Part shown: in pieces, positions 1 to 9,787 of the stretch
Position numbering within the stretch: the first letter of the stretch is position 1
Layout: each line of letters opens with the position of its first letter
Assembly (NCBI GenBank): GCA_045599665.1
Contig: JAZRWK010000001.1
Coordinates: 225-64,224, forward strand
Origin: Candidatus Cryptobacteroides sp.
GTDB lineage: Bacteria > Bacteroidota > Bacteroidia > Bacteroidales > UBA932
Reading direction: 5' to 3'
Length of the DNA: 64,000 bases
Made by a program: the position numbers and the translations under genes
Notes under the pieces: model-generated
The model's input: only the letters and a program-made list of their open reading frames with translations
Databases searched by the model: none
What the model was told of the DNA's origin: nothing

Positions 1-447
<447 letters not shown>

Positions 448-540
448 TTTGGAGCTGTGAATGACGCTTTAAGCTCGCGGTTCAGTGTTCGAGGCACGAT
501 TGACAAGTTCAAGTACTTGTGCTTATCTTTTGATATATAT

Positions 541-614
541 AGGGGCGTAGCTCAGTTGGTTAGAGCGCCACACTGATAATGTGGAGGTCCGCGGTTCAAC
601 TCCGCGCGTCCCTA
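541..614 (+). tRNA. tRNA-Ile (anticodon GAT)
   Basis: Cloverleaf folded by hand: acceptor AGGGGCG/CGTCCCT, D arm AGCTCAGTTGGTTAGAGC, anticodon loop CTGATAA, T arm CGCGG-TTCAACT-CCGCG. CCA is not encoded. Confidence 0.95.
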
Positions 615-620
615 CTTCTT

Positions 621-693
621 GGGGGTATAGCTCAGTTGGTAGAGCACCTGCTTTGCAAGCAGGGGGTCAAGAGTTCGAATCTCTTTATCTCCA
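621..693 (+). tRNA. tRNA-Ala (anticodon TGC)
   Basis: Acceptor GGGGGTA/TATCTCC includes the G3:U70 alanine identity pair. Anticodon loop TTTGCAA, T arm AAGAG-TTCGAAT-CTCTT. Confidence 0.95.
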
Positions 694-701
694 CAAAATA
701 T

Positions 702-735
702 AGCCAGATCGTTTTTTACGATCTGGCTTTTTTTG
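702..735 (+). terminator. Intrinsic terminator directly after tRNA-Ala
   Basis: Perfect 10-bp stem AGCCAGATCG / CGATCTGGCT with loop TTTTTTA, followed by a run of 7 T. It starts 8 nt after the tRNA-Ala discriminator base. Confidence 0.7.
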
Positions 736-984
736 TGTAGATAATTCTAACCCTCTGTCGCTGCGCGACATCTCCCTGTCAGGGAGAACGCCGACTCCGC
801 GTTGCTCCGTCGGGTGCCTCTCGTCGGTCGCATCGCTCCCTCCTTCGGCACGGCGGCGGTTGCCGCCATAGACAGTACGGTGCGTCTATGACTGTCCAGT
901 AATCTAAATAACCTCAACGATGATTCTTCTGTAGGAAACCAGCTGGATTTCGCCCTCGTCATGTATGATGATGAAAACTGTGGT

Positions 985-2058
985 TTATTGCTCTGGATCA
1001 GCGTGGTCGGCCGGAATGACGATAGGACGGTAGCGCTTCTGCCTCTTTTCCCAACGCTCGCGCGCGTACTGCTGCATATCTGTGAACTGGTCATTCTCGT
1101 CGATGATCTCGAGGCCGAGGATGGTCTCGATGATGTCTTCGAGAGTGATGATTCCCTGGAAACAGCCATAGTCGTCGATGATAAGTGCCATCTGCTCCTT
1201 CTTCTTGAGCAGCGATTCCCAGATGTCACCGAGCGAGGTCTCTTCGTTGAAGAAGGAGATAGGTCTCTTGAGGTCCTTCAGCCTCTTGTCGAAGTCGTCG
1301 TCTGCGAGTCCTTCGAGGGCGTCTGACAACAGGATGTATCCTGTGATGTATTCAGGGGAATCCGAGTAGACGGGGATTCGCGAATAGTGGAGATAGGTGT
1401 CGTTCTTGTAGAAGTTCTTCAGGGTCATGTTCTCCTGCGCGGTGGTCGCAACGATGCGCGGAGTCATCGCGTCGAAGGCCTTGACGTTGTCAAGCTTCAT
1501 GATGTTCTGGATGACCTTGTTCTCGCTGGAGTCGATGACACCTTCCTCTGCTCCGATGTTCGCCATTGCGGATACTTCCTCGCGGCTTACTGCGCTCTCG
1601 TCATCCTCCTTGGCGATGAGCCTGCTGATGAACTGTACAACCCATACGAGAGGGTACATCAGTACGATCAGTACAGAGATCGCGCGCGAAGTGAACTTCA
1701 TGAGGTTCTTGCAGTATGTCGTTCCTATGGTCTTAGGGACGATCTCTGCGAAAACGAGGATGAGAACCGTCGTGATAGCTGAGATGACACCGAACCATGT
1801 GCTTCCGAAGATGAGCGTCGCCTGGCGTCCTACTCCTGCCGCGCCGATGGTGTTGGCGATGGTGTTGAGCGAGAGGATGGCGGCGATCGGACGGTCGATG
1901 TCGGTCTTGTATTCCATGAATCTGTCCGCGCTCTTGCTGCCCTTTTCCTTCATCATCGTGATATATGAAAGAGGAGTCGACATCAGTACCGACTCGAGGA
2001 TTGAGCAGAGGAACGAAATGAGAATCGTTCCTGCCAGGAATACAATCAAAAGGCCCAT
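985..2058 (-). CDS. CNNM/CorC-type transporter-like protein (DUF21 membrane domain + CBS pair + CorC/HlyC C-terminal domain)
   Basis: N-terminal multi-TM region followed by a CBS-pair-like region (..MTPRIVATTAQENMTL.., ..RIPVYSDSPEYITGYI..) and a C-terminal ..ALIIDDYGCFQGIITLEDIIETILG... The ORF-track start at 2067 is TTG, so I use the ATG at 2058 (MGLLIV..). Confidence 0.82.
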   Translation of the reverse strand: MGLLIVFLAGTILISFLCSILESVLMSTPLSYITMMKEKGSKSADRFMEYKTDIDRPIAAILSLNTIANTIGAAGVGRQATLIFGSTWFGVISAITTVLILVFAEIVPKTIGTTYCKNLMKFTSRAISVLIVLMYPLVWVVQFISRLIAKEDDESAVSREEVSAMANIGAEEGVIDSSENKVIQNIMKLDNVKAFDAMTPRIVATTAQENMTLKNFYKNDTYLHYSRIPVYSDSPEYITGYILLSDALEGLADDDFDKRLKDLKRPISFFNEETSLGDIWESLLKKKEQMALIIDDYGCFQGIITLEDIIETILGLEIIDENDQFTDMQQYARERWEKRQKRYRPIVIPADHADPEQ

Positions 2059-2077
2059 GAAGTGCAATTATCGTCTA

Positions 2078-2085
2078 CAAAATTA
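2078..2085 (-). promoter_or_regulatory. Candidate -7 promoter box (TAATTTTG) for the CNNM gene
   Basis: Exact match to the Bacteroidota TAnnTTTG consensus on the minus strand, 20 nt upstream of the ATG at 2058. Confidence 0.4.
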
Positions 2086-2243
2086 ATAATATTAGTCCAA
2101 ATTTCACCACAATATCGCCCCAATCACCACAAATATCACATATATGTGCGTTCTGCCACATTGATTTCAGCTGCTCTGATTTTTAATTTTAATTTGCATT
2201 GCATTTAGCAAACAGACCAGGCAACTAAAACCAAAAAGATTTT

Positions 2244-3896
2244 ATGATTGAAAGATTTCTGAAGCAGACAGAATTCAGTTCTCAGGAGGATTTCATACAG
2301 AACCTCGAGTTCATCATCCCTGAGAATTTCAACTTCGCATACGATGTGATGGATGCATGGGCCCAGGAGAAGCCGGAGAAGCTGGCGCTCCTGTGGACCA
2401 ACGACAAGGGAGAGTGCATCCGTTTTACATTCCAGGATCTGAAGGAACAGTCAGACAGGACTGCCGCATATTTCCAGTCTCTCGGCATAGGCAAGGGAGA
2501 CATCGTCATGATCATGCTCAAGAGGCGCTACGAGTACTGGCTCACTATGCTTGGCCTGAGCAAGATCGGAGCAGTAGCCATCCCTGCTACACATCTCCTT
2601 ACAGGAAAGGACATCGTCTACAGGTGTAACCGCGCTGACGTCAAGGCCATCATCTGTGCAGGAGAGCCGCAGATCATCGGACACATCCAGGACGCACTTC
2701 CTGAAAGCCCTTCGGTCGAGGTGCTCGTCAGCATCGGACCTGAGGTCCCTGAGGGATTCCATGACTGGCATGCAGAGTGGAACGATGTCCCGGCTTTCGT
2801 GCGTCCGGAGAATGTCAACACCAACGAAGACACACTCCTTATGTACTTCACCAGCGGCACCAGCGGTAACCCTAAGATGGTCGCACATGACCACCTCTAC
2901 GCCCTTGGACATCTTGCCACCGGCGTCTACTGGCACAACCTTTCTGAAGACAGCATCCATCTTACGATCGCCGACACGGGCTGGGGCAAGGCCGTATGGG
3001 GCAAGCTCTATGGCCAGTGGTTCGCGGGTGCGACGGTGTTCGTGTATGACCATGTCAAGTTCACTCCGGCAGATATGCTCGCGATGATCGAGAAGTACAG
3101 GATCACATCTCTCTGCGCACCAGCTACAGTCTACCGCTTCCTCATCCAGGAAGATTTCTCAAAGTACGACATCTCATCGCTCAGATACTGCTGCACAGCG
3201 GGCGAGGCCCTCAATCCATCGGTATTCGAGCTCTTCCATAAGCTTACAGGCCTCCATATCTACGAGGCTTTCGGCCAGACAGAGACTACTCTCTCGCTCG
3301 GTACATTCCCATGGATGACACCTAAGCCTGGCTCGATGGGCGTGCCTAATCCTCAGTACGATGTAGACCTCATCCGTCCTGACGGTGAGATCGCCGGAGT
3401 AGGTGAGGAAGGCGAGATCGTCATCCGCGTGGGAGAGAACAAGCCGCTCGGCCTCTTCAAGTACTACTACCGCGACGAGGAACTCACAAGGAACGCATGG
3501 CACGACGGAATGTACCACACCGGAGACGTCGCTACCCGTGACGAGGACGGCTACTACTGGTTTGTCGGCAGAAACGATGATGTCATCAAGAGCTCCGGCT
3601 ACAGGATCAGCCCGTTTGAGGTCGAGAGCGTCATCATGAAGCATCCTGCAGTCGTCGAGTGCGCAGTCACAGGCGTGCCTGACGAGATCAGAGGATTCCT
3701 CGTGAAAGCTACCATAGTCCTCAAGGACGAGTGGAAGGCTAAGGCGGGAGACGCCCTCGTGAAGGATATACAGACCTTCGTGAAGGAGACGACAGCTCCT
3801 TACAAGTACCCAAGAAGGATAGAGTTCGTGGATGAACTTCCGAAGACCATCAGCGGCAAGATCCGCAGGGTCGCTATCCGCGAGAAGGACAAATAG
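2244..3896 (+). CDS. AMP-forming acyl-CoA synthetase (ANL superfamily, short/medium-chain type)
   Basis: AMP-binding signature YFTSGTSGNPK, YHTGDV motif, and C-terminal catalytic Lys context PKTISGKIRR. Confidence 0.85.
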   Translation: MIERFLKQTEFSSQEDFIQNLEFIIPENFNFAYDVMDAWAQEKPEKLALLWTNDKGECIRFTFQDLKEQSDRTAAYFQSLGIGKGDIVMIMLKRRYEYWLTMLGLSKIGAVAIPATHLLTGKDIVYRCNRADVKAIICAGEPQIIGHIQDALPESPSVEVLVSIGPEVPEGFHDWHAEWNDVPAFVRPENVNTNEDTLLMYFTSGTSGNPKMVAHDHLYALGHLATGVYWHNLSEDSIHLTIADTGWGKAVWGKLYGQWFAGATVFVYDHVKFTPADMLAMIEKYRITSLCAPATVYRFLIQEDFSKYDISSLRYCCTAGEALNPSVFELFHKLTGLHIYEAFGQTETTLSLGTFPWMTPKPGSMGVPNPQYDVDLIRPDGEIAGVGEEGEIVIRVGENKPLGLFKYYYRDEELTRNAWHDGMYHTGDVATRDEDGYYWFVGRNDDVIKSSGYRISPFEVESVIMKHPAVVECAVTGVPDEIRGFLVKATIVLKDEWKAKAGDALVKDIQTFVKETTAPYKYPRRIEFVDELPKTISGKIRRVAIREKDK

Positions 3897-3923
3897 TCTT
3901 CCGGAACGGTCAAGAAGATGATT

Positions 3924-3969
3924 TCGCTGAATAATTGCTATATTAGCATATTGTTCAGCGATTTTCTTT
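3924..3969 (+). terminator. Hairpin plus T-tract after the acyl-CoA synthetase gene
   Basis: Outer stem TCGCTGAA / TTCAGCGA encloses an inner palindrome TGCTATATTAGCA and is followed by TTTTCTTT. It abuts the next start codon. Confidence 0.4.
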
Positions 3970-5424
3970 ATGGCTAATTTCAAGGCACTGGCAAAGGATA
4001 CTGCGATATATGGACTGAGCAGTATCGTCGGGAGGTTCCTAAACTACCTCCTGACCCCGCTCTATACATACAAGATCGCCGCAGCCAGCGGCGGTTACGG
4101 AGTTATCACCAACCTCTACGCCTACACGGCCCTCCTCCTGGTGATCCTTACCTTCGGAATGGAGACGACTTTCTTCTATTTCGCCAACAGGGAGGACAAG
4201 GACCCGAAGATGGTCCTCTCGACTATCCAAAGGATGGTCGGGACAGTCGCACTGGTGTTCGTTGCCGCTGTGCTTGCCTTCATAGGGCCGATATCTTCGG
4301 CGCTTGGTTATGCCGATCATCCTGAATATGTATGGACGATGGCGATAGTCGTGGCCATTGACGCTTTCCAGTGCGTTTTTTTCGCCTATCTCAGATATCA
4401 GAAGAAGGCCCTCAAGTTTGCGGCGCTCAAGCTGCTTAACATAGGACTCAGCATAGCCCTTAACCTTTGGGTATTCCTTGTCATGTCCCGTACGCAGGCA
4501 GTGGGAGTCGGCTATGTCTTCAGTATCAACCTCTTCTGCTCGGCATTCCTGACCGTATTCCTCCTGAAGGAACTCAAGGGCATCACCTACGGCTTCGACC
4601 GTGGCATGATGAAGGAGATGCTCTCGTATTCGTGGCCGCTTCTGGTATTCGGAATCGCGGGTATGCTCAACCAGACCGCCGACAAGATGCTCTTCCCTTA
4701 TATCTATGAAGGCGAGGACGCGAGCGTTCAGCTTGGCATCTATGGAGCCGCAGTGAAGGTTGCCATGATCATGGCGATGATAACCCAGGCCTTCCGCTAC
4801 GCATATGAGCCTTTCGTCTTCAGCAACGCCAAGGAAAAGGACAGCAGGGAAAGCAATGCATTGGGAATGAAGTACTTTGTAATCTTCACCCTGCTGGCGT
4901 TCCTCGCCGTGATGGCATACATCGACATCCTGAAATACATAGTCAGCCCAGACTATTGGAACGGACTCAAGGTAATCCCGATAGTGATGGCGGCAGAGAT
5001 TATGATGGGAGTCTACTTCAACCTCTCGTTCTGGTACAAACTCGCCGGAAAGACCGTCTGGGGCGCCGTATTCTCCGCCGCCGGCTGCGCTGTCCTCCTG
5101 CTGGTCAACTTCCTTTTCGTCCCGAAGTACGGGTTCATGGCATGTGCGTGGGGAGGGTTCTCGGGATACCTCGTCGCGATGGTTCTCTCGTACTTTGTCG
5201 GGCAGAAGAAATATCCTATCGCATATCCTATGAAGGACATCGCCCTGTACGTCCTTCTTGCCGCCGTCCTGTATGTCGGCATAACCATCGTCAACGCGAA
5301 TATGTCCATGGTACCTGCCCTCCTGGCCAATACCCTGATCCTGCTCGTGTTCGTCGCGTATGTCGTAAAGAAAGACTTTCCACTTTCGCAGCTTCCTGTT
5401 GTCGGAAAATACTTCCGAAATTAG
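3970..5424 (+). CDS. MOP-superfamily (Wzx-like) polysaccharide/oligosaccharide flippase
   Basis: 484 aa, roughly 12-14 predicted TM segments, overall resemblance to Wzx/polysaccharide biosynthesis proteins. No catalytic motif to anchor the call. Confidence 0.65.
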   Translation: MANFKALAKDTAIYGLSSIVGRFLNYLLTPLYTYKIAAASGGYGVITNLYAYTALLLVILTFGMETTFFYFANREDKDPKMVLSTIQRMVGTVALVFVAAVLAFIGPISSALGYADHPEYVWTMAIVVAIDAFQCVFFAYLRYQKKALKFAALKLLNIGLSIALNLWVFLVMSRTQAVGVGYVFSINLFCSAFLTVFLLKELKGITYGFDRGMMKEMLSYSWPLLVFGIAGMLNQTADKMLFPYIYEGEDASVQLGIYGAAVKVAMIMAMITQAFRYAYEPFVFSNAKEKDSRESNALGMKYFVIFTLLAFLAVMAYIDILKYIVSPDYWNGLKVIPIVMAAEIMMGVYFNLSFWYKLAGKTVWGAVFSAAGCAVLLLVNFLFVPKYGFMACAWGGFSGYLVAMVLSYFVGQKKYPIAYPMKDIALYVLLAAVLYVGITIVNANMSMVPALLANTLILLVFVAYVVKKDFPLSQLPVVGKYFRN

Positions 5425-5432
5425 TATATTTG
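5425..5432 (+). promoter_or_regulatory. Candidate -7 promoter box (TATATTTG) for lysC-dapB-dapA
   Basis: Exact TAnnTTTG match 42 nt upstream of the lysC ATG. Confidence 0.4.
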
Positions 5433-5473
5433 CAGACTGCGGTCAATGTTCCGCAAATTTTCGCTGAGACTAT

Positions 5474-6811
5474 ATGATAGTGATGAAATTCGGAGGTACC
5501 TCCGTACAGAACAAAGAGGCAATTGAGAGAGTGATCTCCATCGTGAGCGGCAGGCTTCGTGAGAAGCCTCTCGTTGTCGTCTCTGCCCTGTCCAAGGTCA
5601 CCAGGCTCCTTGTCCAGATCGCTGAAGAGGCGGAGAACAGGAGCGCCGATGCCTATAAGGCCGACCTCGTCGCGCTCCGAGAAAGGCACACAGGCCTCTG
5701 CAGGGAGATGCTCAGCGGAGAGAACCTCGAGGATACACTGTCCAAGGTAAGCCAGATCTGTTCGGAGCTCGAAGCCTTCGTGGAAGGAGTCGGCCAGATC
5801 GGAGAGCTTTCCCCACGCAGCAAGGCGAGGATAATCTCTACGGGCGAGATCCTTTCATCCACTATAGTAGCCGCTGCCTTCAACGAGAAAGGCATCAGCT
5901 GCAACTGGGCTGATGCCCGCAGGATGATGATCACTGACGACAACTATCTCAGCGCAAAACCGGACCTCGACGTCTGCCAGGCCAACATCAAGAGGATAAT
6001 CCCTGCGGTTGCCAAAGGCGTGAAGGTGGTCCTTACCCAGGGCTTCGTGTCATCCACCGCCGCCGGCGCCTCATCAGTCCTTGGATTTGAGGGCTCTGAC
6101 TATTCCGCAGCGATTTTCGGTATGGCACTGAACGCTGACAGGGTAGAGATATGGACAGATGTCGATGGAATCAGGACTGCGGATCCACGTGTCGTAGAGA
6201 AGACTGCGAGGATCGACAAGGCTTCGTACGAGGAGGCTGCAGTCATGGCATATCTTGGCGCGAGGGTGCTCCATCCTCTCACCATAGGCCCAGCGAGAAG
6301 GCGCAACATCCCTATCAGGGTGCTCAATACCATGAACCCGGAAGGGGAGGGCTCGACTGTCGCAAAGGACGTCGATATTCCGGAAGGCCCTAAGTCCGTG
6401 GCATTCCTGACTGAGATCGATTATCTCGAGATCAGTTCTCCTGTCCAGAAGAGCGTCTCTGTAATGCTTTGCGACATCATGCCTGTGCTCAAGGCCAACA
6501 AGCTGGAGATAAGCCTTATGTCGACATCGGTATCGAAAGTTTCCCTGACTTTCGAATGTGGTCAGCCTGGCCTTCAGAATGCCGTCTCAGAGCTTTCGGA
6601 CAGGTATGACGTGACCTATTTCAGAGATAAATCCCAGATCTCGGTGGTAGGCAAGGGACTGCCGTCATGTCCCGGTATCATGGACGCTGTGCGCGAGAGC
6701 GGAAAGTGCACGATGCTCAGCTTCGGCTCGTCGATGATGGACCTTAGTGCCGTCGTGGACAGAAGCAATGTAAAAGAAATTGTAAACGAACTTCATAATA
6801 GACTTTTCTAA
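5474..6811 (+). CDS. lysC: Aspartate kinase
   Basis: N-terminal MKFGGTSV kinase signature, amino-acid kinase fold and C-terminal ACT-like region. Operon context with dapB and dapA. Confidence 0.9.
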   Translation: MIVMKFGGTSVQNKEAIERVISIVSGRLREKPLVVVSALSKVTRLLVQIAEEAENRSADAYKADLVALRERHTGLCREMLSGENLEDTLSKVSQICSELEAFVEGVGQIGELSPRSKARIISTGEILSSTIVAAAFNEKGISCNWADARRMMITDDNYLSAKPDLDVCQANIKRIIPAVAKGVKVVLTQGFVSSTAAGASSVLGFEGSDYSAAIFGMALNADRVEIWTDVDGIRTADPRVVEKTARIDKASYEEAAVMAYLGARVLHPLTIGPARRRNIPIRVLNTMNPEGEGSTVAKDVDIPEGPKSVAFLTEIDYLEISSPVQKSVSVMLCDIMPVLKANKLEISLMSTSVSKVSLTFECGQPGLQNAVSELSDRYDVTYFRDKSQISVVGKGLPSCPGIMDAVRESGKCTMLSFGSSMMDLSAVVDRSNVKEIVNELHNRLF

Positions 6812-7488
6812 TGGTAAAGGTAGTAATCAGTGGCTACGGCAAGATGGGCCACATGGTCGAAAAGACCCTTATAGAAAGGGGTATCGAGTACGCAGGATGG
6901 AGCGAGGACATCGCTTCTTTCGACAAGGAGGTCGCAAAGGACTGCGTCTGCATCGATTTCACCTTCCCTGACTCGTTCCGTGCGAACTACAGGACACTTG
7001 CTGAGAACTTCAAGGCAGTGGTAGTCGGAACAACAGGCTGGTATGACATCAAGGACGAGGTGTTCGACTACTTCCGCAAGTGCGGCACGACTCTTATCTG
7101 GGCGTCGAATTTCTCTGTAGGTATCAATGTTCTTTCAGCTGCGGTCGAGATGGTAGCAAAGCATCTCAACAAAGCCGGTGGTTATACCCCATATATCATC
7201 GAGAAGCATCACTGCCATAAGCTTGATGCTCCTAGCGGAACAGCCATCACCCTCGGCGAGGACGTCAAGAGGAACATGCCTGGTGACGTTCAGATCACAT
7301 CTGTGAGAGCCGGTGAGATCCCAGGAATCCATACCGTAAGTTTCGAAGGCATCAATGACCGTTTCACCCTCGAGCATGAGGCCTTCTCACGCGGCGGCCT
7401 TGCAGCAGGTGCAGTCACAGCTGCCCAGATGACAGAGGGTCTTGAGGGAATCTACGAGTTCAAGGAACTTTTCTTCAGAGGAGAATAG
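6811..7488 (+). CDS. dapB: 4-hydroxy-tetrahydrodipicolinate reductase
   Basis: GYGKMG N-terminal dinucleotide fold and the signature EKHHCHKLDAPSGTA. TAATG stop/start overlap with lysC. Confidence 0.9.
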   Translation: MVKVVISGYGKMGHMVEKTLIERGIEYAGWSEDIASFDKEVAKDCVCIDFTFPDSFRANYRTLAENFKAVVVGTTGWYDIKDEVFDYFRKCGTTLIWASNFSVGINVLSAAVEMVAKHLNKAGGYTPYIIEKHHCHKLDAPSGTAITLGEDVKRNMPGDVQITSVRAGEIPGIHTVSFEGINDRFTLEHEAFSRGGLAAGAVTAAQMTEGLEGIYEFKELFFRGE

Positions 7489-7510
7489 ACTTAATCAACC
7501 AACCATAGAC

Positions 7511-8392
7511 ATGAAGACAATGACATTGAAAGGATGTGGTACCGCATTGGTGACCCCATTTACAGAAAGCGGTGAGGTTGATTACCTTGCATACGCGGAA
7601 ATGGTGAAGAGGCAGGTCAAGGGTGGCGTGGACTTCCTTGTTCCGCTCGGAACTACAGCAGAGACCCCTTGCCTTGAGGATGAAGAGAAGATCGAGCTCC
7701 TCAAGATAACCAAGCAGTACGCGCAGGGAAAGCCGATCATCGTAGGAGCCGGCAGCAATTCCCTCAGGCATACAATCAAGAACATCCAGCTTCTTGAGCC
7801 TTACGGACCGGACGGATATCTCGTGGTGGTCCCTTACTACAACAAGCCTGTACAGGAAGGCATGTACCAGTATTTCAAGGCTGTGGCAGAGTCGACCGAG
7901 AAGTCGATCGTCCTCTACAACGTCCCTGGACGTACAGGATCGAACATGCTTCCGCGCACGACTCTCCGCCTCGCCGAGATCCCTAACATCGTAGCGATCA
8001 AGGAGGCATCCGGCAAGACAGACCAGATCTTCGACATCGTGAAGCATGCTCCGGAAGGATTCACAGTCCTCAGCGGCAACGACGACCAGACCTTCGAACT
8101 CATGAGAGACGGCGTGGCCGGCCTCATCAGCGTCGCATCGAACATTGATCCTGAGAAGGTATCGGAGCTCGTCCACACCATGGCTGCAGGAGACTATGAG
8201 ATGGGCGCAAAGCAGAGCGCGTTCCTCATGCCTCTGTTCAAGAACTGCTTCGTCGAGAGCAACCCTATCCCTGTAAAGGGAGGTCTCTCGCTGATGGGAC
8301 TCTGCAGGAATGACTGCCGTCTTCCGCTTACACCGGCTACGAAGGAAACCCTCCAGATCATGGACAAGACCATCCGTGATCTGAACAAATAA
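7511..8392 (+). CDS. dapA: 4-hydroxy-tetrahydrodipicolinate synthase
   Basis: GTTAE, YNVPGRTG and AIKEASG (Schiff-base Lys) motifs. The ORF-track N-terminus (7442) overlaps dapB, so I use the ATG at 7511 (MKTMTLKG..). Confidence 0.9.
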   Translation: MKTMTLKGCGTALVTPFTESGEVDYLAYAEMVKRQVKGGVDFLVPLGTTAETPCLEDEEKIELLKITKQYAQGKPIIVGAGSNSLRHTIKNIQLLEPYGPDGYLVVVPYYNKPVQEGMYQYFKAVAESTEKSIVLYNVPGRTGSNMLPRTTLRLAEIPNIVAIKEASGKTDQIFDIVKHAPEGFTVLSGNDDQTFELMRDGVAGLISVASNIDPEKVSELVHTMAAGDYEMGAKQSAFLMPLFKNCFVESNPIPVKGGLSLMGLCRNDCRLPLTPATKETLQIMDKTIRDLNK

Positions 8393-8400
8393 CAATTGAT

Positions 8401-9150
8401 ATGAAAAGAACTCTACTTATTGCACTTTCAACAGTTGCTGCTGCTTTCATGCTGAGCTCTTGTCTCGGCCATGGAAGCTATGTCAACAACCGCTCTACAA
8501 ATGACAATTTTGACTACAATGGTTTCCTCACGGATTTTCCAGACAGCGTCATGGCCGCTGGGTATTTCGTCGGAACCTCCGGTGAGTTCGTATATAATGT
8601 CGGCGTCGATGAGGCGAAGAAGCACTCTGGTGGTTTTGCGATTTCTGCAAAGTACGACAGGGAACTTTCGAAGAGAAATGAGAAGTGCAATGAGTATTGT
8701 GCATATGAGACTGCTGGCAAGGGACGGACTATTTTTGCCGTATATTACCAGAATCCCCAGGCAGATCTTAATCCTGAAGAGAAGTCAGGTATAATATTCC
8801 TTGGTAATTCAATAGCAGATTGCCATCCGTCGTCATGCCAGATTACCAACACCGGTCTCGTGGCAGATATGATCATCAACGGTGCTGAGGGTTTTGAGCC
8901 TTTCAAGGAAGGTGACTACCTGAAGATTACTTTCATCGGCTACAAGAACGATGTCAAGGGTGCTTCTGTCTCGAAGGATCTTGCCAGATATGAGGAAACT
9001 CTGTCAATTCTCAAAGAGTGGACCGACATGGACCTTAATGGTCTCGGTTCTGTGACTTCGCTCGACGTGAGACTTGAGACAAACAGGTCGGACCTCCCTC
9101 TCTATGTCTGCATCGACAACTTCAACGCTCAGATCAAAGAGTCGAACTAG
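8401..9150 (+). CDS. Hypothetical lipoprotein (Cys-containing, unknown function)
   Basis: Signal peptide with lipobox MKRTLLIALSTVAAAFMLSSC. 8-nt gap after dapA on the same strand. Confidence 0.65.
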   Translation: MKRTLLIALSTVAAAFMLSSCLGHGSYVNNRSTNDNFDYNGFLTDFPDSVMAAGYFVGTSGEFVYNVGVDEAKKHSGGFAISAKYDRELSKRNEKCNEYCAYETAGKGRTIFAVYYQNPQADLNPEEKSGIIFLGNSIADCHPSSCQITNTGLVADMIINGAEGFEPFKEGDYLKITFIGYKNDVKGASVSKDLARYEETLSILKEWTDMDLNGLGSVTSLDVRLETNRSDLPLYVCIDNFNAQIKESN

Positions 9151-9193
9151 TACGGACCCAGGCACTGGTACTGGTATAAGTCATAGTGTATAT

Positions 9194-9225
9194 GAAAAGT
9201 CCCGGACAGAAGCCCGGGACTTTTC
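9194..9225. terminator. Bidirectional hairpin between the convergent lipoprotein gene and rimM
   Basis: 12-bp stem GAAAAGTCCCGG / CCGGGACTTTTC flanked by A/T runs on both sides. Confidence 0.6.
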
Positions 9226-9270
9226 TATGTGCCTTGGCCGCAGCCGATATGTCTCGGAGGCCCGCTGCCG

Positions 9271-9783
9271 TCAAAGAAGTCCTTCCGGGATTTCCATCGT
9301 TATGGACTGGGCATCTTCGTCGATGGAGATGATGAGGTCCTCGTGGAGAGGAATCATCGCTTGCCCGTACGCGGTCTCGACGACGATGCATGGATTGCCG
9401 GGGATGTCCTCGTAATCGGCGACCGTGCCTCTCTTTTCTCCTTTTTCGTCGTACAGTTCCCATCCGACGAGGTCTTCATAGCCCTCGTCTTCGAATTCGT
9501 AGCTCGATTCCTCGGCAAACACTGCTCTGCCGACTACTTCCTCGGCATCTTCCAAAGTGGAGATGTCGTTGAGCTTTACGAGTGCCTTGTTGTTGCCTCT
9601 CTGGGTGAAGGATTCAATAAAAAAAGGAACCGGAAGTCCATCAAAACTGATGAACACCGGTTCGTGCTGGTCGATTTCTGAAGGATCAATGTCGCGGAAG
9701 CTCATGAGAAGCTCCCCGTTGATACCGTTAGACTTCAGTACCTGGGCAATCTGGAACAGGCCTTTTGTACCTGAATCCGACAT
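9271..9783 (-). CDS. rimM: 16S rRNA processing protein RimM
   Basis: 170 aa, RimM N-terminal plus PRC-barrel-like architecture, immediately downstream of rpsP (classical rpsP-rimM linkage). Confidence 0.82.
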   Translation of the reverse strand: MSDSGTKGLFQIAQVLKSNGINGELLMSFRDIDPSEIDQHEPVFISFDGLPVPFFIESFTQRGNNKALVKLNDISTLEDAEEVVGRAVFAEESSYEFEDEGYEDLVGWELYDEKGEKRGTVADYEDIPGNPCIVVETAYGQAMIPLHEDLIISIDEDAQSITMEIPEGLL

Positions 9784-9787
9784 AGAC

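Noticed and set aside
7475-8395. Long antisense ORFs inside well-supported genes (for example 7475-8395 minus in dapA, 31795-33285 minus in the ABC permeases, 14485-15246 minus frame inside the FeoB-like gene, 3174-3983 minus, 23508-24071 minus).
   Set aside because: These are shadow ORFs typical of GC3-biased coding DNA. Their translations are low-complexity (His/Arg/Asp-rich) with no motifs, while the sense-strand genes have clear family signatures.
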